Assembly (NCBI RefSeq): GCF_042231085.1
Contig: NZ_CP102579.1
Reading direction: 5' to 3' (one strand)
DNA length: 64,000 nucleotides
DNA from: Corallococcus interemptor
Lineage (GTDB): Bacteria > Myxococcota > Myxococcia > Myxococcales > Myxococcaceae
The notes under the pieces are model-generated. The model made no database searches, was not told where the DNA came from, and saw only the letters and a list, made by a program, of their open reading frames with translations. Positions 1 through 8,554 of the stretch are shown here, piece by piece. The translations under genes and the position numbers were made by a program. The number at the start of each line of letters is the position of its first letter. The first letter of the stretch is position 1.

Positions 1-668
1 CGGTAGTCGAAGTCCAGCGGCACGGGGCGCTCGGAGCTGCGCACCGTGGCCACCTCGCGGCCGGTGAGCTTCTCCAGGCTCTGCTCGATGACGTGCGTGT
101 CGCCCAGCGTGGCGGACATCAGCAGGAACTGCGTCTTGGGCAGCGCCAGCAGCGGGATCTGCCAGGCCACCCCGCGCTCCTTGTCGGAGTAGTAGTGGAA
201 CTCGTCCATCACCACCGCGTCCACGCGCGCGGACGCGTCACGCAGCGCGAGGTTCGACAGGATCTCCGCCGTGCAGCAGAGGATGGGCGCCTCGCGGTTG
301 ATGGACGCGTCGCCCGTCAGCATGCCCACGTTCTCCGGGCCGAAGGCCTTGGAGAGCGCGAAGAACTTCTCGTTCACCAGCGCCTTGATGGGGCACGTGT
401 AGAACGACACCTTGCCCTCGGCCATGGCCTTGAAGTGGAGCGCCATGGCCACCAGCGACTTGCCGGAGCCCGTGGGCGTCTTGAGGAACAGGTGCTTGTC
501 GCTGAGGAGCTCCAGGATGGCCTCCTCCTGGGCGGAGTACAGGCTCAAGCCGTTCGTGGCCACGTAGCTCACGAAGCGGTTGAGGATCTCGTCGGCGTCG
601 AGTGGGGGCTCGCCGGGCTTGGGCAGCAGGGCGGCGAGCGGGGCGCGGGTGTCGGCGGAGGCACTCAT
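1..668 (-). CDS. DExH-box (SF2) helicase, N-terminal part; gene continues beyond window start
   Basis: Minus-strand frame starting at ATG (cat 666-668) reads [11 protein letters not shown]...[10 protein letters not shown] (motif I)...DEFHYY (motif II DExH)...MSATLGD (motif III). It runs off the window edge, so it is absent from the ORF track. It sits 51 nt downstream of the preceding minus-strand gene on the same strand. Confidence 0.8.
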   Translation of the reverse strand, partial: MSASADTRAPLAALLPKPGEPPLDADEILNRFVSYVATNGLSLYSAQEEAILELLSDKHLFLKTPTGSGKSLVAMALHFKAMAEGKVSFYTCPIKALVNEKFFALSKAFGPENVGMLTGDASINREAPILCCTAEILSNLALRDASARVDAVVMDEFHYYSDKERGVAWQIPLLALPKTQFLLMSATLGDTHVIEQSLEKLTGREVATVRSSERPVPLDFDY

Positions 669-719
669 CGGGCCCGACTCTAGGGGTTGGCGCCGGGGCT
701 CCGTGAAAAATCGCGCGGC

Positions 720-1154
720 TCAGCCGGTAACGTACAGTCCCACCGCGATGTGACCCTCCGTCAGGGGCGCTCCGGCCGCGGGGCGCTGCCAGCACACCCG
801 CCCCGCCTGCTCCGGCGACAGGCAGGGCACGTCCGTCACCTCCAGCGAGGCTCCGGCCAGGCGGGCCTTGCGCACGGCGGCGCTCCGCGTCAGGCCCAGC
901 AGCTCCGGCGCGGGGGGCGGTGCCGCCTCGGGGCCCTGCTGGACGAACACGGCCCGCACCTCGCCGGGGCCTCCGGGGGTGAAGTGCATCCCCGTCCCGT
1001 CCGCGGTGACCGCGCCGTGCAGCTCCAGCTCCACCGGCCCCAGCACGATGGGGCCGGCGCCGAGCCGCGCCTGGACCCGCGCGAGCGACTCACGCAGGTC
1101 CACCAGCAGGGCCTCCAGGTCGATGGCGTCACTCATCGCGCCAGGGGCCTCCAT
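720..1154 (-). CDS. hypothetical protein (144 aa), last small gene of the paralog operon; C-terminal half weakly PASTA-like
   Basis: ORF with GC3-rich codon usage, 19 nt after the upstream gene stop. Alternative start at M7 (cat 1134-1136). A small palindrome acggac-c-gtccgt lies in the 19-nt spacer. Confidence 0.55.
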   Translation of the reverse strand: MEAPGAMSDAIDLEALLVDLRESLARVQARLGAGPIVLGPVELELHGAVTADGTGMHFTPGGPGEVRAVFVQQGPEAAPPPAPELLGLTRSAAVRKARLAGASLEVTDVPCLSPEQAGRVCWQRPAAGAPLTEGHIAVGLYVTG

Positions 1155-1173
1155 CGCGGCACGGACCGTCCGT

Positions 1174-1842
1174 TCACTTCAAGGGCTCGGCGGCCACGGT
1201 CTCCAGGACGGGCGAGCGGGTGAGGACTCCGGTGGGCGGGAGCTTCCCTCCGCCGGTCGTCTGAACGGTGAGCACCAGCTCGGTGCCGCGCGGCAGCAGC
1301 GTCCCCGGCTCGGCCGAGGCCGAGAGGACCAGGGCGGCGTCCGCCGCGCCGCTGGGGAACCGGTGGGGCACGCCGATGGCGGACAGCAGCGCCCGCGCGT
1401 CCCCCACCGTCTTCCCCACCACCGCCGGCACCACCACCAGCGCCTCCGCCTGGGGCGAGGGCGGCACCGGCACCACCCGGAACTTCAGCCGCGACTGCGC
1501 CGTCAGGCTGTAGGCGAAACGGTTGGTGTAGCTGGCGTCCAGGGGCGCGCCGTACATCTTCAGGCGCGTGCGCCCCTGCGTCCGCTCCTCCGAGGTGATG
1601 GACAGCGCCACGGCGATCTCCGCCTCGGCCTCGGGGATGTGGTACCAGGTCGGCCGGTAGCCGATGCGCTGCAGCTCCACCGCCAGGTCCTCGTCCGAGG
1701 CGTAGAGCTCGCGGATCCGCTCGATGGTCGCCGCGTCCAGCTCCCGCTGCGCCTCCGCCACGCCGCGGCCCACCGAGGAGATCAACGCGCCCAGCGGCGC
1801 GCTCAGCGCCTCCAACTGGGGGACGTCATTCGAATCCGCCAT
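1174..1842 (-). CDS. paralog-family protein (N-terminal helix motif ...GVAEAQRELD..., conserved ...LKFRVVPVPPSP block) fused to C-terminal PASTA-like domain
   Basis: 222 aa. Shares the 'AEAQ..LD' helix and 'VPxPP' block with the ORFs at 4189, 4798, 5393, 5906 and 2574. C-terminus reads VVPAVVGKTVGDARALLSAIGV..., typical of PASTA. 3-nt spacing to the upstream gene. Confidence 0.75.
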   Translation of the reverse strand: MADSNDVPQLEALSAPLGALISSVGRGVAEAQRELDAATIERIRELYASDEDLAVELQRIGYRPTWYHIPEAEAEIAVALSITSEERTQGRTRLKMYGAPLDASYTNRFAYSLTAQSRLKFRVVPVPPSPQAEALVVVPAVVGKTVGDARALLSAIGVPHRFPSGAADAALVLSASAEPGTLLPRGTELVLTVQTTGGGKLPPTGVLTRSPVLETVAAEPLK

Positions 1843-1845
1843 GGT

Positions 1846-2577
1846 TCAGCCCTCCATCGCCTGGCCAATGATCAACTGCACGGGGCCCGAAGCGAGCGGC
1901 TTGCCCGGCTCCGGCACCTGCCGCAGCACGCGGCCCCACTGCCCGGGCTCCTTGACGAAGAGCGGCATCGGGTCCACCCGCAGCCCCGCCTCCGCCGCGC
2001 GCCGCCGGGCCGCCGAGGCCGTCAGCCCCCGGAAGTCCGGCACCTCGCGGGCCGGCGCGTCGCCCGTCTCGGGCGCGGCGGGCGACTGCTCCACGAACTG
2101 GGCCTCCGCCTCCGTCACGCCCTCGGGCGTCGTCTCCATCCACCGCACGCGGACGGTGCTCAACCGCACCGTCGTCAGCGACGCGCGCACCGCTTCAATC
2201 TGCTGGCCCGCCGACTTCAGCTTGTCGGACAGCACCAGGGACGTGCCCTGCTCCAGGGCGGGCTCCTGGGTGGGCTCCACCGCCGCGGAGGACACGGCGC
2301 GCACGTCCTCCCTCGCGGGCTCCAGGACGACCATCGTCCCGTAGTCGATGAGGGTGCTGCTCATCTTCACCGGGAAGGTGGCCACCCCGGCGGAGCCCAG
2401 CCGGAGGTGGGAGCCGAAGGTGGCGCTGCTGACCTCCATCTCCAGCACGCCCGCCTCGTTCGTCACCCCGGTGTCGCGCAGCTCGAAGGTGCCCGTCTTC
2501 GCGGGGACCCACCACGCCACCTTCATTCCCGCCACGGGGACTCCCGTGGCCTTGTGGAACACGGCCCGGACCTTCAT
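1846..2577 (-). CDS. hypothetical protein: N-terminal Ig-like/carboxypeptidase-regulatory-like beta domain + C-terminal PASTA-like domain
   Basis: 243 aa. Start codon overlaps the upstream stop (ATGA at 2574-2577). C-terminus VPDFRGLTASAARRRAAEAGLRVDP...GPVQLIIG is PASTA-like. No signal peptide. Confidence 0.7.
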   Translation of the reverse strand: MKVRAVFHKATGVPVAGMKVAWWVPAKTGTFELRDTGVTNEAGVLEMEVSSATFGSHLRLGSAGVATFPVKMSSTLIDYGTMVVLEPAREDVRAVSSAAVEPTQEPALEQGTSLVLSDKLKSAGQQIEAVRASLTTVRLSTVRVRWMETTPEGVTEAEAQFVEQSPAAPETGDAPAREVPDFRGLTASAARRRAAEAGLRVDPMPLFVKEPGQWGRVLRQVPEPGKPLASGPVQLIIGQAMEG

Positions 2578-3239
2578 CGAGCCACCTCACAGGACAGCGC
2601 CAGCGTCCGCGACGCGGCGTCCACCGTGAGCGCCAGGATGCGGGCCTGCTCGCCGGCCGCCACGCGCAGCGTCGTCCGCGCCTCCCCCGCCGCGTCCGTC
2701 CTCACCACCGCGAGCACCACGTCCGTGCCCGCCAGCGGCGCCACGCCGGACAGCGACTGCGTCGTCCTGCGGTCCAGGTTGAACTCCACCTCCACGCCCG
2801 GCAGGGCCTCGCCCGCAGCGTTGCGCACGCGCACCACCACGCCCGGCACGCCCCCGTCGCCGATGACGCAGCGGGCGTCCAGCACCACCGGAGGCAGGCC
2901 CTCGTTGGCCGGCACCGCGACGAAGCTGCCGCGGATCACGCTGACGATCTCCGTCTTCGTCTGCGAAGAGGCCACGTCCGCCAGCCGCACGGGCCGCATC
3001 TTCAATATCTTCCCGTTGGCCACCGGTCCGGTGGTGGTGGTGGACGTCTCCACCCGCAGGTCCATCCGCAGCTCGAACTCCAGCTTCGGCACGTAGTAGG
3101 TGAACTGCCGGCCGGGCGCGCCCGCCGCGGAGATGCCCCCCAGCTCCTGCTGGGCCTTCGCCAGGCCGTCGGCCAGCTCGAGCAGGTACTCGTCCAGCGT
3201 GCCGAACAACTCCTGCGCCTGCTGTGTCGTGTCACTCAT
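2574..3239 (-). CDS. paralog-family protein with extended C-terminal beta-rich domain
   Basis: Start taken at M14 of the track ORF (cat 3237-3239), 2 nt after the upstream stop (tca 3232-3234). N-terminus LLELADGLAKAQQELG, and YYVPKLEFELRMDLRV matches the family 'FYQFVETIIEVKM' block. Confidence 0.7.
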   Translation of the reverse strand: MSDTTQQAQELFGTLDEYLLELADGLAKAQQELGGISAAGAPGRQFTYYVPKLEFELRMDLRVETSTTTTGPVANGKILKMRPVRLADVASSQTKTEIVSVIRGSFVAVPANEGLPPVVLDARCVIGDGGVPGVVVRVRNAAGEALPGVEVEFNLDRRTTQSLSGVAPLAGTDVVLAVVRTDAAGEARTTLRVAAGEQARILALTVDAASRTLALSCEVAR

Positions 3240-4170
3240 CCCGCGCTCCCTGGCGCCCGCGTTCCCGCCGCGCGTCACGTGCCGTGTCGCGCGCGTCCAT
3301 GTCGTCCATGCCCATGCCGGCGCGCTCCATCTCCATGTCCATCTGCTGCTCCATGGACTCCATGTCCATGCCGGCCATCGCCAGTCCGCGCATCATCAGG
3401 GCCTCGGTGTCCAGCGAGCGGGGATCCAGCCCCCGAAGCTCGCGCGCCACCGCCACCCCCTTCTCCACCTTCCCTATCGTGAGCCCGCCGCGCCCCCCCA
3501 GGGCCCGTCCCACCTGCCCGAGCGAGGGCAGCGTCTGGCCCTTCTCCAGCGCGAGGGGCCTGCGCGCCACCGAGCGTGCCTCCTCCGCCGCGTCCGCCAG
3601 CCGCCGGGTCGCGGACCCCAGCTCCCCCAGCTTCATGCGGCCCCGGCCCGGAGACTCCAGGGCGCGCTCCGCCAGCCGCGTGGCCAGCTTCGCGCGCTCA
3701 CGCGCCTTGCGCGCCCACTGCTGGCGCAGCGTCTGCTGCTTCTGCGCCTGACGCCGGGCCGCCTTCCCCGCCTGCAGGCGCTCGCGGCGCAGCTCCTCCA
3801 CCCGCTCGGCCTCCTCCGCCTCCGTCCGGCGCCGGGCGTACAGCTTCTGCTCCAGCAGCCGCCGCGCGGTGTCCCGCTCGTGCTGCTTGCGCTCCGCGAT
3901 GCGCGACTCCGGAGTGTGCTGGACGACGGGGAACTGCTTCGCCAGCCGCTCGTCCACGGGCGCCTCCTGCACGCCGCTCAGCGCCTTCATCGTGTCTTCG
4001 AGCTGCCGGCGCTCCTTCAGCAGCGCCGCCAGCTCCGGGTCGCTCGCGGCCACCTGCTCCAGCGAGGGCACGGGCGTGTCCGCTCCCGGAGCAGGAGCGG
4101 ACGCGCCAGCGGCGTCGGAGGCCCCGGCGGCGTCCTCCTCCAGCAGGTCTTCCCAACGGACGTGTGACAT
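3232..4170 (-). CDS. highly charged (R/E/A/Q-rich) coiled-coil protein with Met-rich C-terminal tail
   Basis: 312 aa with GC3-rich codon usage. 18 nt downstream of the 4189 gene. C-terminal MMRGLAMAGMDMESMEQQMDMEMERAGMGMDDMD. Confidence 0.65.
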   Translation of the reverse strand: MSHVRWEDLLEEDAAGASDAAGASAPAPGADTPVPSLEQVAASDPELAALLKERRQLEDTMKALSGVQEAPVDERLAKQFPVVQHTPESRIAERKQHERDTARRLLEQKLYARRRTEAEEAERVEELRRERLQAGKAARRQAQKQQTLRQQWARKARERAKLATRLAERALESPGRGRMKLGELGSATRRLADAAEEARSVARRPLALEKGQTLPSLGQVGRALGGRGGLTIGKVEKGVAVARELRGLDPRSLDTEALMMRGLAMAGMDMESMEQQMDMEMERAGMGMDDMDARDTARDARRERGRQGARDE

Positions 4171-4188
4171 GCGCGGCGCCCCTCTGCG

Positions 4189-4779
4189 TCAGGTGACGTT
4201 GCCCACGGCGGTGTCGATCTTCCCGCTGACGGCCTCGCCCTCCGCGGTGCCCTTGAGGCCCTTGGCGATCTCCGCGCAGATCTGCTGGAGCGCCGCCGGA
4301 GGGGGAATGGGCACCAGCTTGGTGCGGATGAGGCTCGAGCCCTCGGCGGAATAGCTGTACTTCTGCGAGTGCTTGGCCGTGACGGTGGTGACGTGGCTCT
4401 TGTGGCCCTTCACCAGCGTGGTGAGGATGCCCTTGTCGCGGTCCACCTTGCGGTCTCGCGTCTGGGTCGAGTCGTCCGTGGACTCGTGCATGGAGATCTC
4501 CATCTTCACTTCGATGATGGTCTCCACGAACTGGTAGAACGTGGGCGTGAAGCCGAGCAGGAGCAGCGGGTACTCGGTGGTCCCCAGCTTCACGAAGCCG
4601 GCCCCGTCCCGCACGGCGTTGCCGCTGTCGTCGATGCGGTAGCCCGCCATGAGCTGGGCGATCTTCAGCGAGGAGCTGTCCAGGGCGTACTGGGCATCCG
4701 CGATGGCGTTGCCCAGGTTGCGGACCATCTCCCCGAAGGGGACGTTGAGCAGATCCTGACCAATGGAGTTGGTAGGCAT
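4189..4779 (-). CDS. paralog-family protein F (196 aa), unknown function
   Basis: N-terminus LLNVPFGEMVRNLGNAIADAQYALD. Core GFTPTFYQFVETIIEVKMEISM. C-terminal block YSYSAEGSSLIRTKLVPIPPP. 18 nt after the upstream stop. Confidence 0.8.
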   Translation of the reverse strand: MPTNSIGQDLLNVPFGEMVRNLGNAIADAQYALDSSSLKIAQLMAGYRIDDSGNAVRDGAGFVKLGTTEYPLLLLGFTPTFYQFVETIIEVKMEISMHESTDDSTQTRDRKVDRDKGILTTLVKGHKSHVTTVTAKHSQKYSYSAEGSSLIRTKLVPIPPPAALQQICAEIAKGLKGTAEGEAVSGKIDTAVGNVT

Positions 4780-4797
4780 GGTGCGCGCTCTCCCGGG

Positions 4798-5370
4798 CTA
4801 CTTCGTGGTGGGCGTGGTGCCGGCCCTGGACGCGATGAGCGCGCGCACCCGCTCCTCGAAGAGGGCCGGCGGAGGCACCGGCACCAGCTTGGTGCGCAGC
4901 AGGCTGGAGCCCTCCACGCTGTAGTCGTACTTGCGCGTGTAGCTGGCGTCCACGGTCGTCACCACGGCCTGGGGCGCGCCGCCGCGCTTGAAGAGGCGCA
5001 GCCCGCCGGCCGTCCGCGAGGTGCTCTGCGTCGCCACCTTGCTCTCCGTGCTCTCCGTCATCTTGATGGCGATCTTCACCTCGATGATGGTGTCCACGAA
5101 CTGGTAGAAGTTGGGCGCGAAGCCCAGCTCCATCATGGACGAGGGCGTGCCCGCGAAGGACACCTTGGTGTCCACCCGGATGGGCTTGCCGGAGCCGTCG
5201 AGCTGGATGTTCCCGTCGGCGTCCCGCAGCAGCGCCTCGCCGCTCATCATCTCCGCGACGAGCATCCCGCTCTTGTCCAGCTCGAGCTGCGCCTCCGCGA
5301 TGGCGGTCGCCATCTCACGAATCATGTCCCCCATGGGGACGTTCAGCAGTTCCTGACCGACGTTGGGCAT
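4798..5370 (-). CDS. paralog-family protein E (190 aa), unknown function
   Basis: LLNVPMGDMIREMATAIAEAQLELD ... LGFAPNFYQFVDTIIEVKIAIKM ... YDYSVEGSSLLRTKLVPVPPP. Confidence 0.8.
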   Translation of the reverse strand: MPNVGQELLNVPMGDMIREMATAIAEAQLELDKSGMLVAEMMSGEALLRDADGNIQLDGSGKPIRVDTKVSFAGTPSSMMELGFAPNFYQFVDTIIEVKIAIKMTESTESKVATQSTSRTAGGLRLFKRGGAPQAVVTTVDASYTRKYDYSVEGSSLLRTKLVPVPPPALFEERVRALIASRAGTTPTTK

Positions 5371-5392
5371 GGTGTCTGGGTCCTTGCGCGCT

Positions 5393-5896
5393 TCAGGCGG
5401 AGGTATTGGTGGAGGCCGCGGGGAGCGGCGGCTGGGCGGCGATCTCGTTGAGCAACTGGTGCAGGCGCGCGGGCGGAGGCAGCGACACCAGCCGCGCGGC
5501 GATGGAGCTGGCGCCCTGCACCTCGAAGCCGTACTTGCGGCTGTACTCGGCGTTGACCGTCACGGAGAAGATGCCGGCCATGCCGCCCGTCGCGCCGCCG
5601 CCCACGGAGAACTCCGTGGACTCGCGGATGGTGAAGGTGAGCTTCGCCTCGAGCGTGGCCTCGGCGAAGGCGTAGAACGTGGGCGTGAAGCCGAGCGCGA
5701 GCAGGCTCCACAACTGCCCGTCGCCCAGGTCCACGGTGCGCTCGGACATGCGCTTGGCGATGTCCAGCGAGTTGACGTCCAGCGCGTGCTGCGCGTCCGC
5801 CACCGCGCGCCCGAGCCGCTCGATGAGCTCGGGCAGCGGCGCGTCCAGCACCGTCATCATCGCGCGCTGGCCCTGCGTGGTGTTGTTTCCGGGCAT
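5393..5896 (-). CDS. paralog-family protein D (167 aa), unknown function
   Basis: LPELIERLGRAVADAQHALD ... LGFTPTFYAFAEATLEAKLTFTI ... YGFEVQGASSIAARLVSLPPP. GGAG Shine-Dalgarno 5 nt upstream (minus strand). Confidence 0.8.
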   Translation of the reverse strand: MPGNNTTQGQRAMMTVLDAPLPELIERLGRAVADAQHALDVNSLDIAKRMSERTVDLGDGQLWSLLALGFTPTFYAFAEATLEAKLTFTIRESTEFSVGGGATGGMAGIFSVTVNAEYSRKYGFEVQGASSIAARLVSLPPPARLHQLLNEIAAQPPLPAASTNTSA

Positions 5897-5905
5897 GGGG
5901 ACTCC

Positions 5906-8002
5906 TTACGGGTACCAGCGTTCGAGGTAGTCGCCGATGGCCTGGAGGAACTGGGGCGGCGCGGGCACCGCCACCAGGCGGGCCTTGATGGTCGAGCTGC
6001 CGGACACGCTCATCTCGTACTTCACCGAAGCGTGCGCATCCACGTTGAGGGCGCGCAGCTCGCGCTCGGAGCTCTCCTCGCGGTCCGCGGACGGCTTGCC
6101 GGCGATGCGGTTGGCCGACAGCAGGAAGGCGGCGGGGTTGCTGGTGCCCAGCATGGTGCCGGAGGGGCCGGAGACGGTGACGATGTTGCCCGCGGACTGG
6201 GCCTGGAGGCCCGCGGCCAGCACGCCGGAGCTGGAGCCCGCCGTGATGGCGGCAGCCAGGTTGCGCGCCGTGTCCGCGGCCGTCACCCCCAGCGTGAACT
6301 GCCCCGGCTGCGGGGCGACGCCTGCCTCCACGGCCACCAACTGCACGTTGTCGATGACGACGGTGTCGCGCGGCTGGGGCGAGGCCGGCGGGCGGCCGTC
6401 GCCGAAGCGGCGGGCCACGCGGATGGAGCCCGCGGCGGACAGGGCCGGCGCGGTGGGCGTGCGCGCGAACAGGGTGAACAGGGCGTGGTCACCGGTGCCG
6501 TACAGGTAGACGCGGTCCCCGCGCGCGAAGGCGCCGAACGCGGTGTTGGCGTTGGCGTCGCGGATGGCGCGGGCCAGGTTGGCGGCGGTGGACTCCGCGG
6601 TGGCGCCCACCGCGAAGGTGGTGCCCTGGGACGCGGTGCCCTGGGTGAAGTCCGTGCCGCGGAAGGTGACGACGGCCGTGGTGGGCGCGTTCGCGGCGGC
6701 GCGCGTGCGCGGCACGATGCGGGCCTCCCGGTCCGTCCCCGTGGGGTCGAAGGCGGCCGTGGCCGCGCCGGTGCGGGCCACCAGCGACGCGGGCACGCCG
6801 GAGAAATGGAAGACGACGCGCCGGTTGGCCGCCAGGTCGGAGCTGCTGAAGTCGACCGTCGCGCCCATGCCCCGGGCCTTGAGCCTGCTGGCCGCCACGC
6901 CCCGCGACGTCAGCGCCCGCAGGACGAAGTCCGCGCGCCGCTGCGACAGGCGCTGGTTGTAGCCGGGGGCCGGCGGCGTGCGCTGATCCGCCCAGCCCTC
7001 CAGGTCCAGCGAGGCGGACGGGTGCTCCGCCAGCAGCGCCGCCACCGCGTCGAGGATGGCGGAGGGCTCGCGGTCCGTGCCGTAGGTGGTGGTGGGCACG
7101 TCGTGGATGTCGGTGTCGAAGTAGATGGCCCGGTTGCAGTCAGCGCCGGAGACGACGAGGAAGGCGGCCGGGTCCACCTGCTGCCCGATGTCCGCCAGCG
7201 CCGCGCCCAACGTCGCCGCGGTGCTGGTGTAGCGCGTGCCGTTGGTGGCCGGCAGCAGCAGCGCGGGCGCGGGCGTCACGCTGCCCAGCCGCGCGATGAC
7301 CAGGTTGTCGCCGGGCGCCGCCTGCGGCGAGGTCCGCACGGTGATGACCGAGCGGTTGATGGCGTAGAGGTCCGGGCGGTTGGTGCTGGCGGTGACGCCC
7401 GACTGCATCTCCCAGTCCATGAAGACGCCCTGCAGGTCCCCCGCGGCCTGGTTCGTCCAGACGGAGTTGTTGCGCAGGGCCACGAGCAGCTCCTGCGCCG
7501 TCTCCCACAGCGTGTCCTGGCGGGTGACCGGCAGGCCGCTGCTGTTGGGGCCCACGCCGCCGTCCAGCGCGTAGCTGGTGGTGCCCACCGTGAGGTGGCC
7601 CGGCGCGTTGGCCACCAACGCCAGACAGGCGTAGGGGGGAATGCCCTCGCCGTCCTGCACCGTGAGGGTGGCGCTGCCGCTGGCGGAGGACGTCTCGAGG
7701 CTGTACTCACTCGACTCGTCCTCGTTGTCGTAGTTGAAGTTGGCGCCCACGTCGATGGTGGTCGAGTAGTAGACGTTGAGGTTCACCTCCAGGTCGGCGT
7801 ACTGGAAGTGGTAGAAGGCCGGCCGCAACCCCAGGGCCAGCAGGTTCTGCGTCATGCCCGGCAGGACGGTCTGCCCCATGCGCAGCGTCTGATCCACGCT
7901 GTTGGTGTCCAGCTTGGTCTGGGCCTCGGCGATGGCGAGCCCCATGTCCCGGATGAAGTCGGAGATGTTGAGATCCGCGAGGATCTTCCCTGCTTTCGGC
8001 AT
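5906..8002 (-). CDS. paralog-family protein C (698 aa): family domain split by a ~500-aa Ala/Thr/Gly-rich insertion containing an OmpA-like peptidoglycan-binding domain
   Basis: N-terminus ILADLNISDFIRDMGLAIAEAQTKLD...LGLRPAFYHFQYADLEVNLNVYY. Internal NQRLSQRRADFVLRALTSRGVAASRLKARGMGAT...ANRRVVF is the OmpA C-terminal motif. C-terminus YEMSVSGSSTIKARLVAVPAPP. Confidence 0.8.
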   Translation of the reverse strand: MPKAGKILADLNISDFIRDMGLAIAEAQTKLDTNSVDQTLRMGQTVLPGMTQNLLALGLRPAFYHFQYADLEVNLNVYYSTTIDVGANFNYDNEDESSEYSLETSSASGSATLTVQDGEGIPPYACLALVANAPGHLTVGTTSYALDGGVGPNSSGLPVTRQDTLWETAQELLVALRNNSVWTNQAAGDLQGVFMDWEMQSGVTASTNRPDLYAINRSVITVRTSPQAAPGDNLVIARLGSVTPAPALLLPATNGTRYTSTAATLGAALADIGQQVDPAAFLVVSGADCNRAIYFDTDIHDVPTTTYGTDREPSAILDAVAALLAEHPSASLDLEGWADQRTPPAPGYNQRLSQRRADFVLRALTSRGVAASRLKARGMGATVDFSSSDLAANRRVVFHFSGVPASLVARTGAATAAFDPTGTDREARIVPRTRAAANAPTTAVVTFRGTDFTQGTASQGTTFAVGATAESTAANLARAIRDANANTAFGAFARGDRVYLYGTGDHALFTLFARTPTAPALSAAGSIRVARRFGDGRPPASPQPRDTVVIDNVQLVAVEAGVAPQPGQFTLGVTAADTARNLAAAITAGSSSGVLAAGLQAQSAGNIVTVSGPSGTMLGTSNPAAFLLSANRIAGKPSADREESSERELRALNVDAHASVKYEMSVSGSSTIKARLVAVPAPPQFLQAIGDYLERWYP

Positions 8003-8005
8003 GGT

Positions 8006-8554
8006 CTACCCCAAGGGTGCGGCGACGGGAGGAAGTGCGACGGCGATGTCGGGACGAACGGTGTCGGGACGGACGACCCAGTAGGCGTGACGGTCCTGCT
8101 CCAGCGTGATGCGGCGCGCGTCCACGTGCAGTCCGGTGCGCGCCCAGCCCAGCACCCGCTCCGACAGCGGGAGCCGCCCGGCGCCGGCCAGCGCCACCGC
8201 GGACTCCAGCCGCGTGCGCGCCTCGGCCAGGCGCCCCAGCTTCGCCAGCGCCAGGCCGTGCCGCTCGTGGTGCGCGGCCAGGTCCTGCCGGGCCAGGTCG
8301 CTCGTGGGAGGCTGCTGCTGGTAGTGGGCCTCCACGCGCAGGCAGAAGGAGATGACGGCCTCGTGGGCCCCCGAGCGCTCCAGCGACTCGAGCACGCACC
8401 ACGCATAGTGGCGCTGGCAGACGTCGGAGCCGCCCTGGAGCGCGGCCAGCCGCAGCGCCTCCCGGTAGTGGCGCAGCGCCTCGTCATGCCGGCCGGCCAG
8501 CGCGAACACCTTGCCCTGCTCCGCCACGCGGAAGTGCAGCGCGAGCGAGCTCAC
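8006..8554 (-). CDS. TPR-like helical protein (start GTG overlapping upstream stop, GTGA)
   Basis: Helical repeat sequence ...GRHDEALRHYREALRLAA...LAKLGRLAEARTRLESAVALAG. The N-terminal 160 aa of the track ORF is low-complexity and overlaps the 8551..9633 gene, so I trimmed the start to GTG 8552-8554. Confidence 0.5.
   Translation of the reverse strand: MSSLALHFRVAEQGKVFALAGRHDEALRHYREALRLAALQGGSDVCQRHYAWCVLESLERSGAHEAVISFCLRVEAHYQQQPPTSDLARQDLAAHHERHGLALAKLGRLAEARTRLESAVALAGAGRLPLSERVLGWARTGLHVDARRITLEQDRHAYWVVRPDTVRPDIAVALPPVAAPLG

Noticed and set aside
868-3096. 742-aa + strand ORF and many similar long ORFs (e.g. 5363..8989 +, 1208 aa; 10612..12408 -; 14163..16628 +; 23258..25648 -; 26132..28162 -; 30694..33348 +; 60131..63826 +)
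   Set aside because: These are antisense or alternative-frame 'shadow' ORFs typical of ~70 % GC DNA. Their translations are Arg/Gly/Ala/Pro low-complexity with no motifs. Each lies opposite or over a gene with clear domain signatures and GC3-biased codon usage.
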